Positions 13,135 through 25,384 of a stretch of DNA of 64,000 nucleotides are shown here, piece after piece. The DNA is from Laetmonice hystrix (Eukaryota). The translations under genes and the position numbers were made by a program. The notes under the pieces are model-generated. The model was given only the letters and a program-made list of their open reading frames with translations. It had not been told where the DNA came from and did not search any database. The stretch's first letter is position 1; every line of letters begins with the position of its first letter. The stretch spans positions 19,656,001-19,720,000 of the forward strand of contig OZ249436.1 of the NCBI GenBank assembly GCA_965235115.1. The letters are read 5' to 3'.

Positions 13135-13445
13135 GAGTGACCCCTGACCTGACCTAGAAATCCCCGATCGGGCCAGCCGAGCTGGAATCGTGGCTGCTTG
13201 ATTTTGCTGAGGCACTCTTGTTGTTTACTTTTACGGTGCAGACTGTCAGAATATGATGCCACACAAACATCTAAATCTTCGGAGAAATCAAATGCAGCTG
13301 CTGTGTTGAACGGAAGTACTAGTCGGAAACACCCGAAGTATTTCGAATCATCCCGAAATTGGCTAACCGACTTGCGACTATAGCTGATCTCCCTCCGCAG
13401 ATGTAGTTCTCAGTATTTCATCAGATATTTCTCTTGTACGGTGAA
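13135..13445 (+). mobile_element. Interspersed repeat family, copy 1 of 3
   Basis: Core GACTGTCAGAATATGATGCCACACAAACAT.TAAATCTTCGGAGAAATC...TCGGAAACA.CGAAGTATTTCGAATCA is shared with 32656-32890 (+) and 50470-50705 (-). Confidence 0.85.
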
Positions 13446-14089
13446 TAGAAAGACGCACCCTTTAAGGGTCAAAGCATGACCAGGCCGTCCCGTGTTATCA
13501 GAATGAGTAGTTTTTTGTGTGGAAAGAAACATACATATTTTAGCTACTTAGCCTACTGCTAATCGAACATCAAAGGTAGTTCCGTATCCTCCGTATTTCT
13601 CCAGCAAGATACAGATATTTGCGTCAATCCTTCTACAATAAATGTTCTCGCTTTTCTGTTGTGTATATACATAGGCTACAGTGTCATCGGTCCCTATGCC
13701 AGCAAAGTTATTTGAACCAAAGGAGCATCATTATTCAGGCAATCAAATAATGCTGTAACAAAGTCACATTATGATGCCGCGGTATTTTTAATTGAAAAAA
13801 ACTCGGCCAACTGATGGGGAGCCACGTGTCACCCCCCCCCCCCCCTCCCGTCCATGTCTGGTCAGGTTCCCGCATACGTTTTGAACAAACTGCATGCTGG
13901 AAAACAGGACGTACAAATCTGTTCAGTGATTCTTATCGCCACAAGAGACCCCAAGTAGAAAATTGCAAAGCAAGGTCTAATAAAAACATAGAGTACATGT
14001 ATCAGCTTAATGTGGACACATTATCTTATCAACAGCTACTGGTTTAACGGAGTCCTCTTCCTTATCAATTAGCACAGCAAAGATGTACC

Positions 14090-15705
14090 CTGTGATACTA
14101 TCTGTGAGGTGAGCACAGTCTGCGGTTGTAGGTCAGTTGTTGTTTGCCAGGCGGATGTGTCGCTCTGTGATACTATCTGTGAGGTGAGCGCAGTCCGCCG
14201 TTGTAGGTCAGTTGTTGTTTGCCAGGCGGAGATGTCGCCTGTGATACTATCTGTGAGGTGAGCACAGTCTGCGGTTGTAGGTCAGTTGTTGTTTGCCAGG
14301 CGGATGTGTCGCCCTGTGATACTATCTGTGAGGTGAGCGCAGTCTGCCGTTGTAGGTCAGTTGTTGTTTGCCAGGCGGATGTGTCGGCCTGTGATACTAT
14401 CTGTGAGGTGAGCACAGTCTGCGGTTGTAGGTCAGTTGTTGTTTGCCAGGCGGATGTGTCGCTCTGTGATACTATCTGTGAGGTGAGCGCAGTCCGCCGT
14501 TGTAGGTCAGTTGTTGTTTGCCAGGCGGATGTGTCGCCTGTGATACTATCTGTGAGGTGAGCGCAGTCTGCGGTTGTAGGTCAGTTGTTGTTTGCCAGGC
14601 GGATGTGTCGCCCTGTGATACCAACGCTCGTTGGTGATACTATCTGTGAGGTGAGCGCAGTCTGCCGTTGTAGGTCAGTTGTTGTTTGCCAGGCGGATGT
14701 GTCGCCCTGTGATATAATCTACTATCTGTGAGGTGAGCACAGTCTGCGGTTGTAGGTCAGTTGTTGTTTGCCAGGCGGATGTGTCGACCTGTGATACTAT
14801 CTGTGAGGTGAGCGCAGTCTGCCGTTGTAGGTCAGTTGTTGTTTGCCAGGCGGATGTGTCGCCTGTGATACTATCTGTGAGGTGAGCGCAGTCTGCCGTT
14901 GTAGGTCAGTTGTTGTTTGCCAGGCGGATGTGTCGCCCTGTGATACCAACGCTCGTTGGTGATACTATCTGTGAGGTGAGCGCAGTCTGCCGTTGTAGGT
15001 CAGTTGTTGTTTGCCAGGCGGATGTGTCGCCCTGTGATACTATCTGTGAGGTGAGCGCAGTCTGCGGTTGTAGGTCAGTTGTTGTTTGCCAGGCGGATGT
15101 GTCGCCTGTGATACTATCTGTGAGGTGAGCACAGTCTGCGGTTGTAGGTCAGTTGTTGTTTGCCAGGCGGAGATGTCGCCTGTGATACTATCTGTGAGGT
15201 GAGCACAGTCTGCGGTTGTAGGTCAGTTGTTGCTTGCCAGGCGGAGATGTCGCCTGTGATACTATCTGTGAGGTGAGCACAGTCTGCGGTTGTAGGTCAG
15301 TTGTTGTTTGCCAGGCGGAGATGTCGCCCTGTGATACTATCTGTGAGGTGAGCGCAGTCTGCCGTTGTAGGTCAGTTGTTGTTTGCCAGGCGGATGTGTC
15401 GCCCTGTGATACTATCTGTGAGGTGAGCGCAGTCTGCCGTTGTAGGTCAGTTGTTGTTTGCCAGGCGGATGTGTCGCCTTGTGATACTATCTGAGAAGTG
15501 AGCGCAGTCTGCGGTTGTAGGTCAGTTGTTGTTTGCCAGGCGGATGTGTCGCCCTGTGATACTATCTGTGAAGTGAGCGCAGTCGGCCGTTGTAGGTCAG
15601 TTGTTGTTTGCCAGGCGGATGTGTCGCCCTGTGATACTATCTGTGAGGTGAGCGCAGTCTGCCGTTGTAGGTCAGTTGTTGGTTGCCAGGAGAAGATGTC
15701 GCTCG
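14090..15705. repeat. 75-bp minisatellite (about 21 copies) running into the ASRGL1-B start codon
   Basis: (CTGTGATACTATCTGTGAGGTGAGCGCAGTCTGCCGTTGTAGGTCAGTTGTTGTTTGCCAGGCGGATGTGTCGC)n. Confidence 0.97.
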
Positions 15706-18700
15706 TGCCCGTGGTGGTCGTACATGGAGGGGCGGGGGCGCACGCCCTCATCACCCACGACGCTGTCGCCAGGAGGGCCATTGAGGAGGGGGTGAAGGCA
15801 GCGGCAAGAGCTGGTCACGCGGCCCTCACCGCCAGTCGCCCACCGCCTGACACAGCCGGCCGCCCACTGCCTGACACCGCCGGCCGGCCACCCGCCCCCG
15901 CCGGCACCGCAGCGCTGGACGCCGTGGAAGCCGCCGTCAGGGCACTGGAAGATAATCCTATCTTTAATGCAGGTAGGCAGCTCTGCAGGTAGGTAGGTAG
16001 GTAGGTAGTTTTATTGGAAGATAAAGTTGGTAGATACATTGAACTCTTAGACAGGTTGAATAAACAAAGTCTTCATCTTCAGGTATACCCATTAAGAAAA
16101 ATTATCCTGTGACCCCTATACAAAATTTAAGAAAGTACATATATGTGAGTGAGTCGCTGGGGTAATGGGTATCCTTACATATATGTTCCAATTATTATAG
16201 CTCTAGAGGTTGCTATTTCCAGACAGGTTCGATTAAATATGTGTAAATTACAGTGAACAGAGTTATACTATGTTTGTATTTTGGTTAAAAGGGGCGATTA
16301 TGTTAAGACTAATAGGTGTCTAATATCATGTTCCTAAAACGTCTTTTGAAGGTATTTCTTGTCCCAGCGTTTTTTATTGATGGATCAAGTGTCATCCATA
16401 AGTGAGGTCCAGTATAGAGAAAGCTTCTTTTCATTAGGTCACAATTAAATTTTGGAGGTCTTATGTCAGGGTTATGTCTTGTGTTATGGCTATGGATATC
16501 ACTTTGAAATTTGAATAACTGAAGGAGCTTAGTTGGAAGTAAATCATGTATATATTTGTATATGAATGTAATTAGATGTTCCTGATGTATGTCTTCTAAT
16601 TTTAAGATTTTAGATTTTCTGAAGAGCGGAGAGGAGTGTTGATTGGATGGATCCAGGAAAAGGGCAGGTGTTTTACGGGGAGGGGGGTCTTGAAATATAG
16701 GAGCCCAACACTTCAGAATGCATTGGTGGAAGGGGGGCTGGGGAATCCGTGCAGAAGCAAGGGATCCTGACCCCGTGAACCTCTCCCTGTAAGAGGCATT
16801 GTTCCCCCTTTCTGGGTCCTGTGGACGGACCATCGATACGGACCATCGGCATGCATGGTCTACAAGTCGATCGGTCGTCATGATTTTACCGCCGACTGTC
16901 TGACTGTCAGTCCGTCACGACGTCCGTACGTCCAGCCGTCCCTCCGCCTGCCTATCGCCGGCAGCCAGCGGACAGTATGACCGCCGTGGTCGCCGATAAC
17001 AGCTCAGTGATATATGACCTCTGGCCTACATCGATCAAACCCAATGGCGTTTTTATGTCACACATTATCGATATGGTGACGTCCAAGACCCTGGCTTATA
17101 GCTCCTCTATAGGCAATAGTTATATGATGGCAGCCCCCGTAACAGATAGCCTACCCATGGTTGAGCCCTGAACTATAATGGACATTATGAAGAAATTCGA
17201 TCAGGCGAAAAGGAACTATTAGGCTATAATCAGCAGCTATAGTGCATAAAAATATATGGACATTTTAAGGAAATAATTGGAAGTAACAACACCTGATGTT
17301 AAACATGACTACTGCCGAACTGATAATAAACTAACAGCTGCATGATCCCCGCGAAATTGCGAATGAATTTAATATATTCTTTACACAAATAGGTAACACA
17401 CTTTCTGAAAGACGTACAGTCTGATGGGGCTAGAGAATATCTCGATAACCCGAGCATAAATTCCATGTATACTGAACCAACTGTTCCAGATGAGATATCC
17501 AAGTTGTTTAAGTCTTTAAAAGATACATCAGCAGGCTCAGTCTCGAAGCCTGGTGCATGAATACGGCACTCCACCTTCGGTGTCGTGCCGTATTCATGCA
17601 CCAGGCATCTCGTTCCATACTTTCCCACAGTGAAGGATCCTAATCCTGTTACATGTTTTAGTATATAAACTTAAGAGATTTTTTAAATTGTTTTTTTTTA
17701 GGACGCGGATCGTGCTTAACAATATGCGGTACGATCCAGATGGACGCTTCCATCATGGACGGTCGGACGCTGAGAGCTGGGGCAGTCGGCTGTGTGGAGA
17801 ACGTCCCCAACCCGATCTCTCTGGCGAGGATTGTCCTGGACAAGGTAACGGAACGACACGTTAATGCGACTATTCAGTTTTAGCACTGACAAGTGACTGA
17901 CATTGACACTGACCAGCGTGTAAAGTCATGTCGATGCACTGTTACACCGTGTCCTTGGAGTTGTCGCACTGACACGTACACCAGCGTGTAAAGTCATGTC
18001 GATGCACTGTTACACTGTGTCCTTGGAGTTTTAGCACTGACAAGTAGTACACCAGCGTGTAAAGTCATGTCGATGCACTGTTACACTGTGTCCTTGGAGT
18101 TTTCACACTGACAAGTACACCAGCGTGTAAAGTCATGTCGATGCACTGTTACACTATGTGTCCTTGGAGTTTTCGCACTGACAAGTACACCAGCGTGTAA
18201 AGTCATGTCGATGCACTGTTACACTGTGTCCTTGGAGTTTTCGCACTGACAAGTACACCAGCGTGTAAAGTCATGTCGATGCACTGTTACACTATGTGTC
18301 CTTGGAGTTTTCGCACTGACAAGTACAATAGCGTGTAAAGGCATGTCGATGCACTGTTACACTATGTGTCCTTGGAGTTTTAGCACTGACAAGTAGTACA
18401 CCAGCGTGTAAAGTCATGTCGATGCACTGTTACACTGTGTCCTTGGAGTTTTCACACTGACAAGTACACCAGCGTGTAAAGTCATGTCGATGCACTGTTA
18501 CACTATGTGTCCTTGGAGTTTTCGCACTGACAAGTACACCAGCGTGTAAAGTCATGTCGATGCACTGTTACACTATGTGTCCTTGGAGTTTTCGCACTGA
18601 CAAGTACACTAGCGTGTAAAGTCATGTCGATGCACTGTTACACTATGTGTCCTTGGAGCTTTCTCACTGACAAGTACACCAGCGTGTAGATCGAGTCATG

Positions 18701-21700
18701 TCGATGTTTCACTGTGTCTTTGTTCTCCTCAGTCACCCAACTGATAATACAATACCAGTAAATTACCCGTGATTGTATTCCTCTAGCCAATACAAGTATT
18801 AGGAATTCTTTGTAGTTACTGTCTACCTAAGCAAATCTTCAAACTTCCACTTGATGATGGACGTTTGCGTGGCCATATTGTATTTTACAGAGTGACCACG
18901 TTTTATTTGTGGGGGACGGAGCCAAACAGTTCGCCCTCGAACATGGCGTCCCAACCGTGATCACAGAGGACCTTATCACAGATAAAGCACGACAGAGACT
19001 CCGGAACTTCGCGACCTTCAACCCATCAGTCAAGGTCGACTTCAACGAGAAAACCAAGACACCGTAAGCACGGTTGTACAAATACAAATGTAGTATAATC
19101 TTGACATGAAGAATTACATATGATGAGGATACCAGATAAAGGATGTTCATGAAATATTAAATCAAAGTAATTATAGATGTGATACAAGGAAAAGGTGCCT
19201 CTATCCAACTTAATACCTGCGGGTTGTCCAAAGGAAAGGTCATGTGTGATAATTGTGGACCCCTTCTCTTGATTATAATTTTAATTGTGCTTATAATTTG
19301 ACCGTCAGATTGACCCCTGACCCAAGTAAAGACGGCAGCCATGACACAGTCGGCGCCGTGGCTATGGATGCTGAGGGTAATGTGGCATATGCCACATCCA
19401 CAGGTGGCATAAACGCCAAGATGCCCGGTCGATGTGGGGACAGCGCCATCCCAGGTATTCGGAGTCCTCGTGTACTAAAGCGGACACTATTATTACTGCT
19501 AACATTTCCAAGTATTGCATTAAACACTGATATTTTCTAAATCACCCAATGGATTATTTCGAACATCAATGGGTGTAACTTATAGAATGTATGGCTTCAG
19601 ACCCTATATCCTTGCAGGCCCGTACCCACGATTGGCCTTGGGGGGGTCTATCTTTTGTATTCTGTTCGTGGGGCCTACAGCCGTAGCCTAAGCCTGGGTA
19701 CCCTCAGGTGCGAGGCCCCCTCCCTCCGGGGGGGGGGGGGGGGGTCAGGAACCCCTGGATCCCCCCCCCCGGTACGGCCCTGCCTTGTATAAGATAATAA
19801 TATAGAGACAATCATTGTTCTATTAGACCAGAAAGCCACAGTCCTCCGTAGGACTACAAGTTTGTCCATACCGCTCCAGGTCCTTTGTATTATATTTTAG
19901 TGTTATCTATTTTATTTTAAACCTTGCTATTTTGAGGATGTGGAGGGTACTGTGACAATGGTGTCGGTGCCGTGTCAACGACAGGGCACGGAGAGTCGTT
20001 CATCCGTACAAACGTGGCTAGGCTGGCCGTGTTTCACCTGCAGCAAGGTAGGAATGGCAAGCAGTGACAAATATCAAGTTTTACCACAGTTCGCCCATCG
20101 ATGTTTTAGTGTGAACCGTTACCACAGTTCACCGATATTTCAGTGTGAACCGTTACCACAGTTCGCCCATCAATGTTTTAGTGTGAACCGTTACCACAGT
20201 TCACCGATATTTCAGTGTGAACCGTTACCAAAGTTCACCGATATTTCAGTGTGAACCGTTACCACAGTTCGCCGATGTTTTATTGTGAACCGTTACCACA
20301 GTTCGCCCATCGATGTTTTAGTGTGAACCGTTACCACAGTTCACCGATATTTCAGTGTGAACCGTTACCAAAGTTCACCGATATTTCAGTGTGAACCGTT
20401 ACCACAGTTCGCCGATGTTTTATTGTGAACCGTTACCACAGTTCGCCCATCGATGTTTTAGTGTGAACCGTTACCACAGTTCGCCGATGTTTTAGTGTGA
20501 ACCGTTACCACGGTTCGCCGATGTTTTAGTGTGAACCGTTACCACAGTTCGCCGATGTTTTAGTGTGAACCGTTACCACAGTTCGCCGATGTTTTAGTGT
20601 GAACCGTTACCACAGTTCGCCGATGTTTTAGTGTGAACCGTTATCACAGTTCGCCGATGTTTTAGTGTGAACCGTTACCACAGTTCGCCCATCGATGTTT
20701 TAGCGTGAACCGTTACCACAGTTCGCCCATCGATGTTTTAGTGTGAGCCGTTACCACAGTTCGCCGATGTTTTAGTGTGAACCGTTACCACAGTTCGCCC
20801 ATCGATGTTTTAGTGTGAACCGTTACCACAGTTCTCCGATGTTTTAGTGTGAACCGTTACCACAGTTCGCCCATCGATGTTTTAGTGTGAACCGTTACCA
20901 CAGTTCGCCGATGTTTTAGTGTGAACACCACAGTTCGCCCATCGATGTTTTAGTGTGAACCGTTACCACAGTTCGCCCATCGATGTTTTAGTGTGAACCG
21001 TTACCACAGTTCGCCCATCGATGTTTTAGTGTGAACCGTTACCACAGTTCACCGATACTTCAGTGTGAACCGTTACCACAGTTCGCCGATGTTTTAGTGT
21101 GAACCGTTACCACAGTTCGCCCATCGATGTTTTAGTGTGAACCGTTACCACAGTTCGCCCATCGATGTTTTAGTGTGAACCGTTACCACAGTTCGCCGAT
21201 GTTTTAGTGTGAACCGTTACCACAGTTCGCCGATGTATTAGTGTTAACCGTTACCACAGTTCGACGATAATTTAGTGTGAACCGTTACCACAGCTCGCCG
21301 ATCGATGTTTTATTGTTAAAATTAAAGACCATCGCCAGTCTGTATAGGCCAGGCACACATGCCGTGATATTCTAAGCAAGTTAAAAAATATTTGAACACA
21401 ATTGGTGCTCAGATGGTTCAGATATAGGCACTTTAGTGCCGGAGGCTTCTTACAACCTGCTCAGCTGGTGAAGGCCGCCATTTCTTGGGCTAATCTCAAA
21501 GTGCGCATGCTCGCCCTAGGCGGGCATGCGCAGCACGACTGCTCTCCAGTTTGGGAGGAACTGAAAGCTGACGCACCTGTTGCGTTGATCGATTTGGAAG
21601 GCAGCGAACGTTGACAGCTTATAAGCAAAATTTGTTAGAACATAGACGAAAACCATCGATAGTGATGAGGAATGGCTAGGAAAAGCCTACCGATGTCAGG

Positions 21701-23020
21701 GGACATATCAGGGTGGACACGGATCTGGGCAGCCGTGGGTTTCGGCCGCCTGCATTCGTCCCACTTGGATTCGTGCATGCGTGGGATGTTGACGGGAGCT
21801 CTGGCCCCTGAGGCCCGGCGCCACTCTGACTACGACCGCGAGCAATGGCAGTGTCAGCATGATCAGCACAGACCTGCTGCGTTTAGTTGTGACTGTGACT
21901 GTGACTGTGGGACTGACCCCCGTCGATTTGCCACCCGCCTCGGCTGCCTTTAGCCTAGTATAGCCTAGCCCTGGCATGCAAAAGATTAGCCCTGGAACGT
22001 CACTTCCGGTCAGCCCAATAGCAACAAATGGCTGCGCTGCTGAAGCCAGTGATTTTGACACGGTTGTCATGTTCAATATATGACTTCTTGGAATAGGGGG
22101 ACATTTATTTCCATCCACTACTCTGAAAGGTGAGAGGCCTTGCAGCTGTCCAAATGTGATTTTTGACTGGTCTTCTCCTTTAACCGTTACAGCAGTGGGA
22201 CAGGTGGCGCCACCTGGTGGGATAGATCCTCCATTAGCGGTTCCAGGCGGCAGTATTTCAGCCTTGTTCAGGTTATTCCCCCATAGTAACTTTCTCACAA
22301 ATTTCTAGGGTAGGAGTTCGGGTTAAGGTCAGGGATAAGATAGGGACATGTTTCTGGGAGGTGCAGGGACCAGGGTTAGGGGCTATGGATAAGATCAGGG
22401 ATGTGGATCTTTACTTCCGAACAAATTTCAAGACTTTAAGTTAAACCCTTGTTCAGAACGGAATAAACTTTTCAAACTTGTTCATTCAGAGCTTAGGTCC
22501 TCCATTATTGGTTTTACGTCCGGGCGGCAATATGGACTGACAATAGGCCTTCATAAATCTACCTTGGCTTTCACCCGTTGCTTTACGAAGACCACGGCAG
22601 AAAGATGACAGATAAACAATTCGTGAAAAGATTGACTCTGAGTGTACTAGCATATAGCCCTATAGATCACAAGGGAAGGGGAGGGGGGTCATTTCTCACA
22701 GAGATTTTTGAATAGACCGCTCGACCTCCTCTATTGCTACATTGTCCCCATTTCTTTCAACGTCCTTTAAAGATTGTTGATAATAAATTCTCATATATAC
22801 GTGATTGTTTGTCGTAGGTAAGAGCATCCAGGAAGCCCTTGACCTCAGCCTGTCCTACACGATGGACCGTGTTGGGGGGTGTGGAGGAGCAGTCGGTCTG
22901 AGCTCGGTCGGAGACATTGGTGTGTCCTTCAACACGGAGGGCATGTCGTGGGCAGCCGCCAAGGGCGACGAGCTTCGCTACGGGATTTATGCAACGGACA
23001 ACTTCAGCGAGACATTGTGA
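15696..23020 (+). CDS. ASRGL1: Isoaspartyl peptidase/L-asparaginase, paralogue B, about 350 aa, 6 coding exons
   Basis: Exons 15696-15972, 17702-17844, 18891-19063, 19309-19454, 19937-20047, 22818-23020; same intron positions and phases as paralogue A (143-nt and 111-nt exons shared). Motifs [55 protein letters not shown]. Confidence 0.92.
16309..16645 (-). mobile_element. Non-LTR retrotransposon (CR1/L2-group LINE) ORF2 C-terminal fragment, 5'-truncated
   Basis: [17 protein letters not shown]...[11 protein letters not shown]...IHSHNTR...[12 protein letters not shown]...FKRR is the typical post-RT tail of L2/Crack-type ORF2. Confidence 0.85.
17175..17536 (+). mobile_element. Degraded LINE ORF2 fragment (region just upstream of the RT domain)
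   Basis: [34 protein letters not shown] and upstream AKRNY resemble the EN-RT linker of CR1/L2-group LINEs; stops and frameshifts present. Confidence 0.6.
17549..17657 (+). mobile_element. Hairpin-containing short interspersed element, partial copy (full copy at 33048-33191)
   Basis: 21-bp perfect inverted repeat CCTGGTGCATGAATACGGCAC...GTGCCGTATTCATGCACCAGG plus shared 3' flank. Confidence 0.8.
17875..18720. repeat. About 68-72-bp minisatellite
   Basis: (CACTGACAAGTACACCAGCGTGTAAAGTCATGTCGATGCACTGTTACACT[AT]GTGTCCTTGGAGTTTT)n. Confidence 0.97.
19615..19782. mobile_element. Short non-autonomous DNA transposon, 5-bp TSD (hAT5-like)
   Basis: CCTTG|CAGGCCCGTACC...GGTACGGCCCTG|CCTTG. Confidence 0.7.
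20080..21312. repeat. 34/38-bp minisatellite
   Basis: (GTGTGAACCGTTACCACAGTTCGCC[CATC]GATGTTTTA)n. Confidence 0.97.
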
Positions 23021-23639
23021 TAACGAGCGATGGAAAGGGGGGGGGGAGAGAGGAGGTAGAAATGGTTTCATCCATTGTTACCATCCACACGCCTCTCTCA
23101 TCAATCTACGTGTGATACACGTGGATTCATGTATCATTTGACTTATTTCTTATAAACTATATCTGAAAGGCGACGTAGTAAACACATGGTTATGTGAACA
23201 TAATCTTCATTTAATGACCGAAGATCAAATTCAGTCCAGGACAATAGACTTGTGAGAACGTGACGATGTATGGAGTTGCTAATAATGCTATTCCTGACCC
23301 ATTGTACTGCTGTGATCTAGAATGTTGCTTAGAAACCGGAGCAATTGCTATACTGTGATCCACAACATTGCTAATAAAGCATAAGCTGTATACTGTACGC
23401 CATAGTGCCTTCACTGAGGCAGTGCAAGCTGACTTTATGTGTCAGTTATTTTGTTTTACCCGACCTATGGTAATACGAACCCAAACCATCGGAACGGTAC
23501 AGATTCAGTGACCATGGCATTGGGACCTGTTGCATTGTATTAAGATTTATCTGACCTTCGTTAAATTATTATACCGTCATATTCTCACAGTTCCCTGCGG
23601 CAGGTTCCCCATTTATGATCTTTCAGTATCATAATATCG

Positions 23640-24208
23640 CAGTGACAGTGTCCCTTATTATGATTTTGTTAGCACCGTGGTCTAACAGTCCCCAGTGACA
23701 GTGTCCCCTGTTATGACTGTTTAGCGCCGTGGTCTAACAGTCCCCAGTGACAGTGTCCCCTGTTATGACCGTTTAGCGCCGTGGTCTAACAGTCCCCAGT
23801 GACAGTGTCCCCTGTTATGACCGTTTAGCACCGTGGTCTAACAGTCCCCGGTGACAGTGTCCCCTGTTATGACCGTTTAGCACCGTGGTCTAACAGTCCC
23901 CGGTGACAGTGTCCCCTGTTATGACCGTTTAGCACCGTGGTCTAACAGTCCCCAGTGACAGTGTCCCCTGTTATGACCGTTTAGCACCGTGGTCTAACAG
24001 TCCCCAGTGACAGTGTCCCCGTTATGACCGTTTAGCACCGTGGTCTAACAGTCCCCAGTGACAGTGTCCCCTGTTATGACCGTTTAGCGCCGTGGTCTAA
24101 CAGTCCCCCGTGACAGTGTCCCCTGTTATGACCATTTGGTCTAACAGTCCCCAGTGACAGTGTCCCCGTTATGACCGTTTGATCTAACAGTCCCCAGTGA
24201 CAGTGTCC
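23640..24208. repeat. 52-bp minisatellite
   Basis: (GTGACAGTGTCCCCTGTTATGACCGTTTAGCACCGTGGTCTAACAGTCCCCA)n. Confidence 0.97.
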
Positions 24209-25076
24209 GCCGTCAGCTCTGTCGACTCGAGTTGGAAACTCGTGAATGGCGGCAGATATAGAACATGATCTTTTTTTGGTGGTTAATGTGCCTTTTGTTC
24301 CGGACCTTTTGTATTCCTGCCGATCCTGTTGGTAAAAACCGGGTCCATTGTATGTGAGTATACGGGTTGTGATCTTACCTGCATCACAGTGTATGATCAC
24401 GAATTGTTTCATTGACGTCATCTACGTATAGAAGCTGTACCACTTGGTGGCTTTTTATACACCATGCTCTAAGCGATGCTGTCAAGGATAATTCATGCTT
24501 TATGCGCTCTCTGCAGAGCCTCGTTATCATAACGACGCCCCTATATATTTTTTATTCTTTTATTTACCCTGGTAAATTACATTCGGCTGATGCCATTTTT
24601 CAATGTAAACCAGCTCCTTATTCCTTCATTGAAACGGTTTCAGTACACAGATAGAAATAAAAGAAAAAACATTTACGGAATCAGCCCCAAAACACAAGAA
24701 ACGTGCAAGAACATGAACTTACAAGAAAGGAATAACCATTTATCTTAATACTGTGAAATTTAATTTAGACAGGAAATAGGCCGACAGATAATATTCAAGT
24801 GCAATTGAAATACCTGCCTGACGGTACGGATGACAGTTAAATAATTGTAACAGGCATCTTAGACGGATCCAGGCGTTCATATGGAGGGGGGGGGGGGGTC
24901 CGAAATGTGATGACAATTACTCTAGCCAATCGTTTGAAGCAGCCAGTTTTGTAATATAATTATCCCAATAATCAATATACGGCAGTACCTTGCTTTATAT
25001 AACTGTTGTCGTGTTTATAAAACCTCGCACTTTTGAGATCAGGTAGATTTTTATGTCCTACTCATTTCTGAGTTTG

Positions 25077-25378
25077 ACGATATTGACCAGGCTATTGCCA
25101 CTGAAATTCAGGTTTTGGCCTAAAACAACTCCTAAATATTTGTAATTGTCACCAAATTTTAGACAATGGTAGTTGCGGTAAAGTCTACACCTTGGTAAAT
25201 ATACTGGTTCCAAAGATCGCACATTTCGTTTTAGAGATGTTTATGATTCAATGCAGGAATAAAAGGTCATATTGAAGAAATGAAACTGCGTCCTCAATAT
25301 TATCAGAGCTATAATAGACCGAGGTGTCATTTCCATATAATTTCACTTTTGAGTTGGCAATAGCCTGGTCAATATCGT
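25077..25378. mobile_element. MITE with perfect 24-bp TIRs
   Basis: ACGATATTGACCAGGCTATTGCCA ... TGGCAATAGCCTGGTCAATATCGT. Confidence 0.85.
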
Positions 25379-25384
25379 TAATGG

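Noticed and set aside
13575..13700. Conserved-looking segment also at about 48329-48450
   Set aside because: An ordinary dispersed repeat copy with no structural or coding signal.
21708..22298. 196-aa minus-strand ORF in ASRGL1-B intron 5
   Set aside because: Non-ATG start, no recognisable domain or splice support; probably repeat-derived.
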